In this document: positions 36,572 through 47,600 of the stretch, piece after piece
Layout: each line of letters begins with the position of its first letter
Numbering within the stretch: the first letter of the stretch is position 1
Program-made: the position numbers and the translations under genes
Notes under the pieces: model-generated
What the model was told of the DNA's origin: nothing
Seen by the model: the letters and a program-made list of their open reading frames with translations, nothing else
Database searches by the model: none
Origin: a bacterium
Lineage (GTDB): Bacteria; Patescibacteriota; Minisyncoccia; Phycocordibacterales; UBA12079
Direction of reading: 5' to 3'
Length of the DNA: 64,000 nucleotides
Assembly: GCA_018401295.1 (NCBI GenBank)
Contig: JAGYLJ010000003.1
Coordinates: 3,327-67,326 of the forward strand

Positions 36572-38365
36572 CTAATCATTCTTCATCATCTTCAAGAAAA
36601 CATATTGAGTAAGATTAACCTTGCCAGAAGCCAACATTCTCTTCTTTCCTTTCTTTTGCTTTTCTCTCAACTTCATCTTACGAGTGATATCACCGCCATA
36701 CAAATGCCCAGTCACATCTTTTTTAAGCGCTGATAATTTTTGAGAAGCAATAATTCTTCCCCCTGCTTTAGCCTGAATTTTTGTTACGAACATTTGTCTC
36801 GGTAAAATTTTAAATAATTTATCTACTACTTTTTCAGCTTCCTCTTGGACTCTTTTCTTGGCCACTATTTTCGAAAAAGCCGGTATAATTTCTTCCGCCA
36901 CTAAAACATCTATCTTGATTACATCCGCTACACGATAATCTAACATTTCATAAGACAAAGAAGCATAACCAGACGAAGCACTCTTTAGATCATCAAAAAA
37001 ATTCCTCATCAATTCCCTTAAAGGCATCTCAGCAGAAATGGACAACCTTCCATCACCAAAATCATCGGATTTCCCCATATTGACTTCGTGTTCATAAAAT
37101 AATTGAACAATATTCCCTAAATATCTGCTTGGAGTCATTATATTTAATGATATCCATGGTTCTAAAACTTTCTCTTCTTCGCCGTGCTCAGGGAAAAAGA
37201 CAGGTGAAAAAATCATCTTTTTTTCTCCTTTCTTAAAATGTACTTCATAGGAGATACTTGGATGGGTAACAATCAGTTCAATCCCAAATTCTCTTCTCAG
37301 TCTCTCTGTAATAATTTCTAAGTGAAGCATTCCCAGGAAACCACAACGAAAACCTCGCCCTAAAGCTCCTGATGATTCTTCCTCATGAGTAAAAGAAGAA
37401 TCCGACAACTGTAATTTTCCCAGTGACAAGCGCAGTGTATTAAAGTCATCTGAATCCTCAGGATAAACCGAAGCCCACACCACTGACTTAGGTTTCTGAT
37501 AGCCATTCAATACTGGCATAGTACTTTTAGCCAAAGTTACAGTATCACCCACCGAAGCCACTCCGGGTTTTTTAATTCCTGTCACAATATAACCAATTTC
37601 ACCCATCCTTAATGATTCTTTGGGAATTTCGTCTGGAGAAAAAATACCAACTTCTAAAGAATTAAATTTTTCTTTTACAGCTCTAAATATTAATTGATTA
37701 TTTTTTGAGATCTCTCCATCTAACACACGAATATAAACAATAATTCCACGATGAGTTGAATATTTAAAATCGAAAACCAAAGCCCTAAAGTCATTGGCAT
37801 CTGTATATTCAGTAGTGGGGCCAGGTACCTTTTCTAAAATTCCATCCAATAATTCCCCAACACCTTTCCCTGTCTTGCCAGAAGTTTCGTAGATATCGTC
37901 AAAATTACAATTTAATAAAGCTGAAACCTCTTCCTTTACCTCTTCAACACGAGCTAAAGGCGAATCCACTTTAGATAACACAGGAATGATTGGAATTCCT
38001 AATTCCTTCGCCATATTTAAAGTTGTTAAAGTCTGAGCTTGTACCCCTTGAGTTGAATCAACTAATAAAATTGAACCCTCAACTGCTCGTAGGGCTCTAG
38101 ATACTTCATAGGAAAAATCTATGTGACCTGGAGTATCAATCAAATTTAGAATATATCCTTTCCATTCCATTCTCACTGGTTGCATCTTTATCGTGATTCC
38201 CCTTTCTCTTTCAAGCTCCATAGTATCTAAAACCTGAGCTTTCATCTTTCTTTTTTCTACTGTATTGGTAATTTCAAGCATCCGATCAGCCAAAGTTGAT
38301 TTCCCATGGTCAATATGAGCAATTATAGAAAAGTTTTTTATTTTTTTAATATCCTCATTATTCAT
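36572..38365 (-). CDS. lepA: Elongation factor 4
   Basis: AHIDHGKSTLADR, GFRCGFLGMLH, LYGGDITRKMKL. Confidence 0.97.
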   Translation of the reverse strand: MNNEDIKKIKNFSIIAHIDHGKSTLADRMLEITNTVEKRKMKAQVLDTMELERERGITIKMQPVRMEWKGYILNLIDTPGHIDFSYEVSRALRAVEGSILLVDSTQGVQAQTLTTLNMAKELGIPIIPVLSKVDSPLARVEEVKEEVSALLNCNFDDIYETSGKTGKGVGELLDGILEKVPGPTTEYTDANDFRALVFDFKYSTHRGIIVYIRVLDGEISKNNQLIFRAVKEKFNSLEVGIFSPDEIPKESLRMGEIGYIVTGIKKPGVASVGDTVTLAKSTMPVLNGYQKPKSVVWASVYPEDSDDFNTLRLSLGKLQLSDSSFTHEEESSGALGRGFRCGFLGMLHLEIITERLRREFGIELIVTHPSISYEVHFKKGEKKMIFSPVFFPEHGEEEKVLEPWISLNIMTPSRYLGNIVQLFYEHEVNMGKSDDFGDGRLSISAEMPLRELMRNFFDDLKSASSGYASLSYEMLDYRVADVIKIDVLVAEEIIPAFSKIVAKKRVQEEAEKVVDKLFKILPRQMFVTKIQAKAGGRIIASQKLSALKKDVTGHLYGGDITRKMKLREKQKKGKKRMLASGKVNLTQYVFLKMMKND

Positions 38366-38521
38366 AGCGGAATTTTAGCATATTCTAATAAAATTAACTA
38401 AGAAAAAAGTCAATTTTCTCCACAAAATTGACTTACCTCAAACCCTTGCTTTTTTTATAATTTGTTTTATAATGATGCGTATTATAGATAATTTTAATTA
38501 ATAACCAATTATAAACATATT

Positions 38522-38941
38522 ATGGAAAATACATATAAAAAGCAGACTTTAGGCAAATTTTACTTTAATTCTTCGTGGTATTCTCTACTTACGACCAGTT
38601 ATTTGTTTTTGTTTGCATTCTTTGCTATTTTTTACCTAGATAACGTATTCCTAGCTATAGCCTTTGTTTTTAGAACTTTATTTGCTTCAACGACACTATT
38701 ACCAATGTCTAGCGCTGTTTGGGGAGCTGTTTATGTCATTTCTTTGTTAATCCCCTTCACAGTTAGTATCTTTGCCATTTTTGCCCTACCTAAAGTATGG
38801 GGTAATACAAAATGGAAAAAAGATCAAAGTTTATTAATTACCATTGGTCTTACAATAGCAATCCTTGTAATAATGTTACTGGCTAGTGATCTTATACAAA
38901 CAATCAGCAAATTAGACGTTTTGATTCCTTTTATAGGGTAA
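38522..38941 (+). CDS. Hypothetical membrane protein
   Basis: 139 aa with 3-4 TM helices; upstream TTGCTT...TATAAT. Confidence 0.75.
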   Translation: MENTYKKQTLGKFYFNSSWYSLLTTSYLFLFAFFAIFYLDNVFLAIAFVFRTLFASTTLLPMSSAVWGAVYVISLLIPFTVSIFAIFALPKVWGNTKWKKDQSLLITIGLTIAILVIMLLASDLIQTISKLDVLIPFIG

Positions 38942-38959
38942 TAAATAACTAAATATTCA

Positions 38960-39006
38960 AAACAACAAAAAAAGGGACGGCGAAGCCGTCCCTTTTTTTG
39001 TTGTTT
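38960..39006. terminator. Perfect 22-bp palindrome, bidirectional terminator
   Basis: AAACAACAAAAAAAGGGACGGC-GAA-GCCGTCCCTTTTTTTGTTGTTT. Confidence 0.85.
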
Positions 39007-39026
39007 ATTATTCTCAATAACAATCT

Positions 39027-39767
39027 CTACGAAAAGATTCTCGTCCGTTTAATCTGATAGGCTAGAGCTGGATAACCAATTTTTTTACCAAGAGAATTTA
39101 CTATACCCCTTATATAAGTTCCGCTAGAGCAAACAACCTTAAACTTTGAAATTAAAAATCTTTCTTCTTCTCTCCCAAGTAATAGCTCTCCCCACTTTTT
39201 GAGGATTTCTTCTTGCCTAAAATCTCCCTTAACTAAAGAGATTCTTTTAAAAATATCTATTTTTAAATTCTTTCCCTTAATCCAATAACTCTTAATAAAA
39301 TCAGCTTCGTAAATCTCTATCTCGTGCTCAGGAAGCTTGCTCTCATCCAACTTACCAGCTTTAGCTAATTCAAAAAGAGGTTTACCATCTAAAGTTTTGG
39401 AAGAGAACGGAGGGTATTTTTGTGTTTGTTTACCTCTTATACTTTCTAGGAACCTTTCAATTTTATCCTTATGCCTTGAAAGATCATATTCGTTAAAAGA
39501 TTCAGATCCTTTAGGAACTCCCAAAACATCGTAAGTGTCTGTTTCAAAACCAAACAATACCTCAAATTCGTACTCTTTATCTAACTCAATATACTTTTCT
39601 TTATTGTTACATTCATCTCCCACCAATATTAAAAGTTCACCCTCTGCCATGGGATCCAACCTACCTGCATAGGTCATCTTCACATTTTCATATTTAGAAT
39701 TTTCTCTTGCTAAACGATCAAGACATTCCAAAGGAGTCTCACCTATTTTTTTATAGAGTTTCAACAT
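39027..39767 (-). CDS. truB: tRNA pseudouridine(55) synthase TruB-like
   Basis: YAGRLDPMAEG, QKYPPFSS, CSSGTYIR. Confidence 0.88.
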   Translation of the reverse strand: MLKLYKKIGETPLECLDRLARENSKYENVKMTYAGRLDPMAEGELLILVGDECNNKEKYIELDKEYEFEVLFGFETDTYDVLGVPKGSESFNEYDLSRHKDKIERFLESIRGKQTQKYPPFSSKTLDGKPLFELAKAGKLDESKLPEHEIEIYEADFIKSYWIKGKNLKIDIFKRISLVKGDFRQEEILKKWGELLLGREEERFLISKFKVVCSSGTYIRGIVNSLGKKIGYPALAYQIKRTRIFS

Positions 39768-39778
39768 AATTATCTCAC

Positions 39779-40666
39779 TTAACCGAATAATTCTAATTTA
39801 TTCTTAGCAACCTGTTGAACCTTCTTAATAACTGGTTCCATAACTTTATAAGGAGTCACCTCATCTGGATTAGTAACAAAAAAATCTCCTGCCAAATCTT
39901 TAATTCCAAAGCTATAAGCCTTTCTTAATTCCGTACTGATATGAACAACTGACATCCCAGCAGAAACAGCTTCTTTCATCTCCTCATCTCTAATTCCAGA
40001 ACCACCGTGTAAAACAAGAGGTACTTTTATCTTCTCTTTAATTTCTTTGATTCTCTCTATATCTAAATTAGGATTATAAGAATTCTTTAACATTCCGTGG
40101 ATATTTCCTACAGCTGGGGCTATATAATCAACGCCAGTTTCTTGGGTAAACATGGTAGCTTCATCAACAGTAGTTAATTGCTCTTTGTTAATAACCGCTT
40201 TTTCAGGCACTTCATCTAAGAGAGCCGAGTGCTCCCCGATTACTCCCAATTCACCTTCTAAAAGAATTCCTGGAAAATTTTCTCTAATATAAGAGACACT
40301 CTCTTTTGTCGCTTTAATATTTTCTTCAACAGTTAATCTAGAAAAGTCAATCACAATAGAATCAAAACCATCTTCCCCAGCTTCCTTAACACTTTCAAAA
40401 GAATGACAGTGATCAGCATTCACAAAAACAGGATAATTATTTTCTTCCCTCCAACTTTTAATAAAAACTACGGCTTGTCTAGAACCTATAAATTTCCTTT
40501 CACTTTCTGACAACCCAATAATCAAAGGGATATGTTCTCCCTTTTCTTGAGATAATTCTTGTCCAGCCAAAAGCACAGCTTTCAACATTTCAAAATTAGC
40601 AACATTAAAATGACCAATCGCTTGTTTATTTTGAGATGCTTTTGCAACTTCTTCTTTTAAATTCAT
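39779..40666 (-). CDS. fba: Class II fructose/tagatose-bisphosphate aldolase
   Basis: NADH, EGELG, AVGNIHG, LVLHGGSG. Confidence 0.9.
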   Translation of the reverse strand: MNLKEEVAKASQNKQAIGHFNVANFEMLKAVLLAGQELSQEKGEHIPLIIGLSESERKFIGSRQAVVFIKSWREENNYPVFVNADHCHSFESVKEAGEDGFDSIVIDFSRLTVEENIKATKESVSYIRENFPGILLEGELGVIGEHSALLDEVPEKAVINKEQLTTVDEATMFTQETGVDYIAPAVGNIHGMLKNSYNPNLDIERIKEIKEKIKVPLVLHGGSGIRDEEMKEAVSAGMSVVHISTELRKAYSFGIKDLAGDFFVTNPDEVTPYKVMEPVIKKVQQVAKNKLELFG

Positions 40667-40675
40667 AATGAGTTT

Positions 40676-40817
40676 ACCCTGTTAAATATCTTTAAATTCT
40701 TTGCAATTTATTGATTTATTAATAAAATTTTTTTACATAGGTTGTTAAAACATTATATAGGTAAATGGCCGGAATTTAAAGTTAAAATTTGTTGGAACAA
40801 ATTTTATTTAACAGGGT
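40676..40817. mobile_element. 142-bp MITE-like element with 13-bp terminal inverted repeats
   Basis: ACCCTGTTAAATA ... TATTTAACAGGGT. Confidence 0.65.
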
Positions 40818-40844
40818 TAATTATAGCACTTTAAATTACAAAAT

Positions 40845-40874
40845 AAAAAAAGAGGCAACCCTGCGGGTTGCCTC
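40845..40874 (-). terminator. Intrinsic terminator
   Basis: GAGGCAACCC-TGC-GGGTTGCCTC with A-run. Confidence 0.75.
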
Positions 40875-40893
40875 AACAAAAAAACTACAAAAA

Positions 40894-41154
40894 TTAACAC
40901 ATGGACTCAGCCTTTTGATAAAAAACCGTGGCAGCCACCAAATCACCATCAACCAAGCACTGGTCACCTTTGATAAGTAACCTTTCCCTAAGTGTCGCCC
41001 CTCGGTAGGCCTTCATAGCAACAGTGATGTAGGCTCTCGTCAAATCAGGTTTTTTCATCTCTTTGTTAACCTCACCAAAAGCCAACTTTGCCTGATCAGG
41101 CATCCCTATCCGCAAATACCCTTCACCCAATAGTTCAAACTCACTTTTTGCCAT
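40894..41154 (-). CDS. Hypothetical helical (TPR-like) protein, accessory cassette
   Basis: GAGGAGGAG SD and own terminator. Confidence 0.65.
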   Translation of the reverse strand: MAKSEFELLGEGYLRIGMPDQAKLAFGEVNKEMKKPDLTRAYITVAMKAYRGATLRERLLIKGDQCLVDGDLVAATVFYQKAESMC

Positions 41155-41333
41155 ATCTACTCCTCCTCATTTTTGTGAACCACCCAATCTGGACGATTCT
41201 TATTTATATTATGAACAAGCCTAATCAAACAGTAACACAAAAATAGTCATGTACCTACACCCTAGCAAAATTTAATAAACTTGTTTATTTTAGCCATTTT
41301 CGTTAAAATTAAGGAATTATATGAAGTAAGCAT

Positions 41334-41407
41334 ATAATTCCTACATTTGGATTATACAAAAATAAATATTGGCATAATTATTTTTGTAAATCCTCACTTG
41401 AAATTAT
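41334..41407 (+). repeat. ~75-bp dispersed element, copy 2
   Basis: Homolog of 25652-25726; overlaps the hisS ATG. Confidence 0.8.
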
Positions 41408-42692
41408 GGAAAAAAACAAAAAGATTTCAACAGAATCATACAAAGGTACTCGGGATTTCTATCCTGAAGATTTAGCTGTGCAGAATTTTATTTTTGATAG
41501 AGCCAGACAAATATCCGAAAATTTTGGTTATGAGGAATACAACACTTCTGTCCTAGAACCAACAGAATTATATAAAGCTAAGTCAGGCGATGAAATAGTC
41601 AACGAACAAACTTATTCTTTTATAGACAAAGGTGATCGAGATGTCACTCTCAGACCAGAAATGACGCCTAGCATCGCCAGAATGGTAGCCAAAAAAAGAA
41701 GAGAGTTAACCTACCCTCTTCGTTGGTTTTCTATTCAAAACTTTTTCCGCTATGAGAGACCCCAAAAAGGGAGACTCAGAGAATTCTGGCAACTTAACGC
41801 CGATATCTTTGGGGTAGAAGGAATTGAAGCCGAAGTAGAAATAATTTCTTTAGGTTATGAAATTATGAAAGCTTTAGGCGCTCAAGATGAAGATTTTGTA
41901 ATTAAAATTAACTATGCAGGAATTCTAAAAGAAACTTACCAAACAGAATTAAATTTAGATGAAAGTGAAGTAAAAAAAGCCTTAAGAATTATAGATTCAA
42001 AAAATAAAGTTTCAGAAGAAGAATATCGGCAAAAATATATCAATGACTTTGGAGAAGACAAAGGTAAGCAATTATTTGAAATAGAACAAAAAATAACAGA
42101 AAAGACCAAACAAAATGAGAAATTTCAAAAATGTGTTGAATTGGGTAAAAAATTAGAAAATAAGGGAATAAAAACCGAATTAGACCCTCTCTTAACCCGC
42201 GGCTTTGATTACTACACAGGCATCGTTTTTGAATTCTTTGATACTAATCCAGAAAATAAAAGGGCTTTATTTGGGGGCGGGCGTTATGACGATTTACTTG
42301 ATTTATTCGACTCTGAAAAAATACCTGCTGTAGGATTTGGGATGGGAGATGTTACTATCAAAGATTTCTTAGAAGTAAGAAGTCTGTTACCTAAATACCA
42401 ATCTAAAACCGAACTATATCTTTGCACTCTATCTCAAAAATACTCTGATAACGCAGACCAACTTGCTACGAGTTTAAGAAAACAAAATATAAACGTAACA
42501 GTTAATTATTCCGACAAAAAAATCGGCGACCAAATTTCTGTAGCAGACAAAAAGAAGATCCCTTATGTAATCTGTATAGGTGGAGACGAAGTCCAAAACA
42601 AACAGTATAAATTAAAGAATTTAAAAACAGGAGAAGAACAAGAAGTCACAGAAGAGAGTATTGCTGACGCTATAAAACAAATTACGGAATAA
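41406..42692 (+). CDS. hisS: Histidine--tRNA ligase
   Basis: KGTRDF, LRPEMT, FRYERPQKGRLREF, RGFDYYTG, GGGRYD. Confidence 0.97.
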   Translation: MEKNKKISTESYKGTRDFYPEDLAVQNFIFDRARQISENFGYEEYNTSVLEPTELYKAKSGDEIVNEQTYSFIDKGDRDVTLRPEMTPSIARMVAKKRRELTYPLRWFSIQNFFRYERPQKGRLREFWQLNADIFGVEGIEAEVEIISLGYEIMKALGAQDEDFVIKINYAGILKETYQTELNLDESEVKKALRIIDSKNKVSEEEYRQKYINDFGEDKGKQLFEIEQKITEKTKQNEKFQKCVELGKKLENKGIKTELDPLLTRGFDYYTGIVFEFFDTNPENKRALFGGGRYDDLLDLFDSEKIPAVGFGMGDVTIKDFLEVRSLLPKYQSKTELYLCTLSQKYSDNADQLATSLRKQNINVTVNYSDKKIGDQISVADKKKIPYVICIGGDEVQNKQYKLKNLKTGEEQEVTEESIADAIKQITE

Positions 42693-43267
42693 TGAGAAAA
42701 ATTACTTTTGACATTGAAACAAAAAATACCTTTGAGGATATCGGAGAAAACAATCCTTCTTTACTAGATATTTCTATAGTTTGTATTCACGATTCAGAAA
42801 CAGACACCTACGACAGTTTTTTAGAAGATGATTTTGCTCGCCTTTGGCCAACTTTAGAAAAAGCCGATATGTTAATCGGCTACAATTCAGATCACTTTGA
42901 TATTCCTCTTTTAAACAAACACTATCCTGGGGATTTATCTACCATTAAAAGTCTGGACATCCTAAAAGAAATTAAGGACAGCACGGGAAGGAGATTTAAA
43001 TTAGACAATGTCGCTCAGGCAACCTTAGGAGAAGGTAAAAGTGGTAATGGTTTAGAAGCTATCACTTGGTGGAAAAATGGGGAAATCGAAAAGATTAGAA
43101 AATATTGTTTAGATGATGTTAGAGTTACCAAAAACATCTACGACTTTGCCCTAGCCAACGGCTATTTAAATTACAAAGATGGTGCTAAAATTAAAAAAAT
43201 AGAATTAGATACTTCCAGTTGGGAAGACAAAGAAAAAAATTCAATTACCCACACTTTACCTTTTTAG
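42692..43267 (+). CDS. DEDD/RNase H-like 3'-5' exonuclease (YprB-like)
   Basis: FDIET, GYNSDHFD, YCLDDV. Confidence 0.85.
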   Translation: MRKITFDIETKNTFEDIGENNPSLLDISIVCIHDSETDTYDSFLEDDFARLWPTLEKADMLIGYNSDHFDIPLLNKHYPGDLSTIKSLDILKEIKDSTGRRFKLDNVAQATLGEGKSGNGLEAITWWKNGEIEKIRKYCLDDVRVTKNIYDFALANGYLNYKDGAKIKKIELDTSSWEDKEKNSITHTLPF

Positions 43268-43277
43268 CATTTAAATT

Positions 43278-44015
43278 ATGCAAGAAAAATCAAACAATCT
43301 TTTAATACCCATTGCCATCATCATAGCTGGCGGTCTTATTTTTTGGGGAATAATGTCAAATCAAAAAAAACCCGAACAACCGTCAGATGCCTTGAATCCA
43401 GAATCCGAGACTCAAGAAATACAAACAACTTCTACTGATGCTGTTGGAGTACTGAAAACGGATTATATTTTAGGCAATCCTGATGCTGATTTGATTCTTA
43501 TAACCTTTAGCGACTTTGAATGTTCATTCTGTAAAATCTTCCACCAAACTATGCACCAAATAATTGATGAATATGGTAAAGACGGACGAGTAGCTTGGGT
43601 TTTCAGACAGTTCCCTATCCACGGTGTCACCGCAGAAGAAAAAGCCGCCGCTACTAGATGTGCAGGACAGCTCGGTGGAAATAATAAGTTCTGGGAAATG
43701 TCAGACAAAATTTTTAAAACAGAATTCAGTCAAGAAAGAAGCTTCGTTACAGAACAACTAGCAGAACTCGCCCGAGCAATGGGTCTAGAAGAAAAAAATT
43801 TCCTTACTTGTCTAGATAACAAAAACACCATAGCCTCAGTCCAACAAGAATATCAAACAGGTGTGAATGCCGGAGTATTAGGAGAATCAGGCACCACAGG
43901 AGGAACACCTTATACAATCATTTTAACTAGAATGGGTAAAACTTATCCCATAAATGGCGCTCAACCATACAGCGTTGTTAAATCTATTATTGATATAATC
44001 CTTCAAGGTCAATAA
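43278..44015 (+). CDS. DsbA-family thioredoxin-fold protein
   Basis: FSDFECSFC, GTP, INGAQPY. Confidence 0.9.
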   Translation: MQEKSNNLLIPIAIIIAGGLIFWGIMSNQKKPEQPSDALNPESETQEIQTTSTDAVGVLKTDYILGNPDADLILITFSDFECSFCKIFHQTMHQIIDEYGKDGRVAWVFRQFPIHGVTAEEKAAATRCAGQLGGNNKFWEMSDKIFKTEFSQERSFVTEQLAELARAMGLEEKNFLTCLDNKNTIASVQQEYQTGVNAGVLGESGTTGGTPYTIILTRMGKTYPINGAQPYSVVKSIIDIILQGQ

Positions 44016-44071
44016 GTAGTGATCCTCTTTTTCCTGCTCTCACAAAAACTCCATCTCCAAGGAGGTTTTTC

Positions 44072-44629
44072 TTATAAACGAAATACCCCTTCTCTCAAAA
44101 CCTTAACCTCATCATCTTTTATTTCCACTAAAGTAGAAGAATTAGATTCCAATTCTCCACTATCCAAATAAAAATCAATTTTCTCGCCAAAATATTCCTT
44201 AGCTTCTTTGATATTTCTTGCATGTCTCATCCCCTCAGGGTTAGCACTCGGTGCTACCAACGGACCAGTTTCTCTTAACAATTCAATTAAATTCTCATCA
44301 TCAGGAAAGCGAAAAGCCAAGGTCCCTCCTTCAGTATTTAAATATTTAAATTCTTGATTAGAAAAAGGCAAAATCACACTCACTTTCCCTGGCCAAACCT
44401 TTTTTAAGAAATCTCCAGCAAATTCACTAATTTTAACCCCAAATTTCTCCAGATCTTCCAGCGAACTTATCAAAACAATCAAGGGTTTCTTCGGATCCCT
44501 CCCCTTCACCTCATAAATTCTTGCCACTGCCTCCTGAGAAAAAGCACTCCCAACCAATCCATAAATAGTATCGGTTGGCATCACTCCAATCCCCTCTTTT
44601 TTTAAAATTTCTATTATTTTTGTTTCCAT
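44072..44629 (-). CDS. tsaC: L-threonylcarbamoyladenylate synthase (TsaC/YrdC)
   Basis: PTDTIYGL, KGRDPKKP, PSAN. Confidence 0.92.
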   Translation of the reverse strand: METKIIEILKKEGIGVMPTDTIYGLVGSAFSQEAVARIYEVKGRDPKKPLIVLISSLEDLEKFGVKISEFAGDFLKKVWPGKVSVILPFSNQEFKYLNTEGGTLAFRFPDDENLIELLRETGPLVAPSANPEGMRHARNIKEAKEYFGEKIDFYLDSGELESNSSTLVEIKDDEVKVLREGVFRL

Positions 44630-44637
44630 AATTACTC

Positions 44638-47600
44638 TTACTTTTGGCTTCCTCCCCCCATCACTTCCCTCAATTTACAAAACTCACAATCCTTATCATC
44701 ACACTTTTTATCCCAGAACGACAAATTCAAAATCTCCTGCGAAATATTTTTAATCAACTCCTCTAAAGCTATCACCTCCTCAGACTCAATTTCAAATAAT
44801 TCTTTCTGATGTTTACCATTTTCATTCGGCTCAATAAAATCAATCTCGCCCATCACCATATTATATTGTCCTTTGTTATATCTATCCAAAAGCAACTTAT
44901 AAAAAACCAACTGCCTTTTATAATCTCCATTAGAATCTTTAGTTTTCCCCTCCAAATTATTTCTAGAACGAATTTTACCCGTCTTATAATCCACCACCTT
45001 TACTTTCCCATCTTCCAACAGCTCAACTTTATCCAAATTACCGGACAAAGACACTTCCTGCCCTCCTACTAATTCCAACAATATCCCTTTTATATTAAAC
45101 TCATTCAAAATTTCTTTCTTCCAACCTTTATGATACTCAGTGTAATAACTAGCCAAAGCTTCTTCCCCTTTAGCTTGAGCTTCTTGCTTTTCGCTTTCTA
45201 TCAAAAACCCCTTATCAATATTTTTCTTAAAAATATCTAGCAACATCTTCTGGCTAATCTTTTTACCTTGCCGGACATTCTCAAAAAATTCCTCCATGGT
45301 CCCGTGCACCACGTTACCGTAGGCCATATTTTTATTATAGGCCATGGGAATTTTAATCAAACTTTTGAAAAAATAAGACCAAGGACATTGTAAATAATTA
45401 TTCAACGCAGTTGCATTCAATCCTCTTTGCAAAAACAATTTGTTTAAATATTCTTTATTTTTAAGACCAGCGTTCTCTCTTTTGGCCGAATTCCCAGACA
45501 CATCAAAACGCTTAATAAAATCAACCTCCAAATCATTAACATCAACTTCCTTAATAAATTTCTCATCAATCTCAGCCAAAAACTGTGAAGGCATTTGATC
45601 TCTTCCATCAATTTTCTTTCTCGCATAGGTAATCACAACTTCTTTCCTAGCTCTCGTTAAAGCCACAAAAAACAACCTTCTTTCATCAGCATTATCCTGT
45701 TCAATACCATTAATTGGCAACCTAAACTTATTTCTTAAAACATTATTCCCCCAGTGCTTATCCACTGCATTTACTATATAAACAACATCAAACTCCAAAC
45801 CTTTAGCACTATGAGCTGTCATCAACCTCACCCCCTCAAACAAATCATTACTCTTTGTCTTAATAGACAACTTATAATTCTCCAACAACTCCAAATACTT
45901 CACAAAGTCAGACAATTTTAAATTGGCTTTCTCCTGCACAAATTTCTTAGCTTCATCAAATAACTTATTTATCTTATGCAACTTATCAGCCGAATCTTCT
46001 GACCTCAATACATAGTCAAAATAACCAGATTGGTAAATAATTTCTTCTAAACAAGTCACCAAGTCTTTATTCATGGCTGTTTTTTTCCATCCTTCTATTT
46101 TTTTGTATAAACCAACCAATTTTTCAACATCAACCACTCCTGCTTCCTCTAAAATCTTTTCCGAGCTAAGACAGTCAAATAAACCAATTTTGTTTTTTTG
46201 ACTAAAAGATACAAACTTATAAATATCCAAACTATCAATACCCAAAAAATCCACAAACAACATCTCCCCCAACAAAGCGTTATCACCCAAACCATTCACC
46301 GCTTTAATTAACAAAACAATTTTTAAAATATCAACATCAGCTAAAATATCTTGTTTAGATTCAATCACAAAAGGCACCCTAGCTTTCTCCATAGCTTTAG
46401 TTATTTCAAACACCTCATTATTATTTCTATAAAAAACAGCTATTTCATTCATCTTCGTTCCAGACTCTATTTTCTTCTGAATATCCTCTACCAAAAACCT
46501 CATTTCAAATTCTTTTTCAGAAAAAGGGTACACCAAAATTTCCACTCCAGAACCGCCAATCATAGCCTTTAGTTCTGAAACACCGAAAAACCCACCGGGT
46601 TCTTCTGTATTACCCATCAAACTATGGGCACTATCCAAAATCTTCTGAGTAGAACGATAATTCTCCAGCAAATTAACCATCAATACATCTTCATACTTTT
46701 CCTTAAAAAACATAAAATTTTTCAAGGAAGCCCCCTGAAAACGATAGATCGCTTGCTTTTCATCTCCCACAATAAATAGATTCGGTCGCTCAAAAAAATT
46801 CGTCAATAATTCCAAAATCTTGTTTTGAGAATTATTCGTGTCTTGGTGCTCATCCACTAAAATATATTGATACTTTTCCTGTAGAGTCAGTAAAAAATCA
46901 GAATTATTTTCCATGGCCGCAATGGTTTCTAAAATCACATCATCATAATCATACAACTTCCCTGTTCTCATTCTTTTTTCATATTCTTCATAAAAAACTG
47001 CTACCTCCTTATTCTTCTCTAAATCTTTTTCCTCCTTTTTGTATTTCCCCTTCATCTGTCCTTTCCATTTTCCCTTAGCGTGATACAGATCTTCAATCTG
47101 AGAAAATTCTCTTTCTTGCTTCGTCAAAATCTGATTTAATTTTTCTACTGAAATAGCTTCTCGTTTCAATTCACTAATCACAGAGGGCAAACTATTTATA
47201 TAGTAAGAAGCATCCCCCCAAGGTCTCAACTTTTTAAAATCACCCTGCTCAATAATTTCTTCAATTATTTGTAATTGTTCTACTGGAGAAATTAATTTAG
47301 CTCCAGATATCTTCTCAAATTCTTCACCATATTCATTCACCAAAGCTTCACAAAAACTATGAAAGGTAAAAATATTAGCCCGATAGGCTTGAGATCCAAT
47401 AATTTCAGCTAACCTCTTCCTCATAGAAAACACCCCTGCATTAGTAAAAGTTAAAGCTAAAATATTTTCTGGTTCAGTATCAGTCTGCTTCAAAATATTA
47501 GCAATTCGCAAACTCAAAATCTGAGTTTTACCAGTTCCAGGCCCAGCCACAACCATAACAGTCCCTTCCACCGCATCCACCGCCTTTTTTTGATTAGAAT

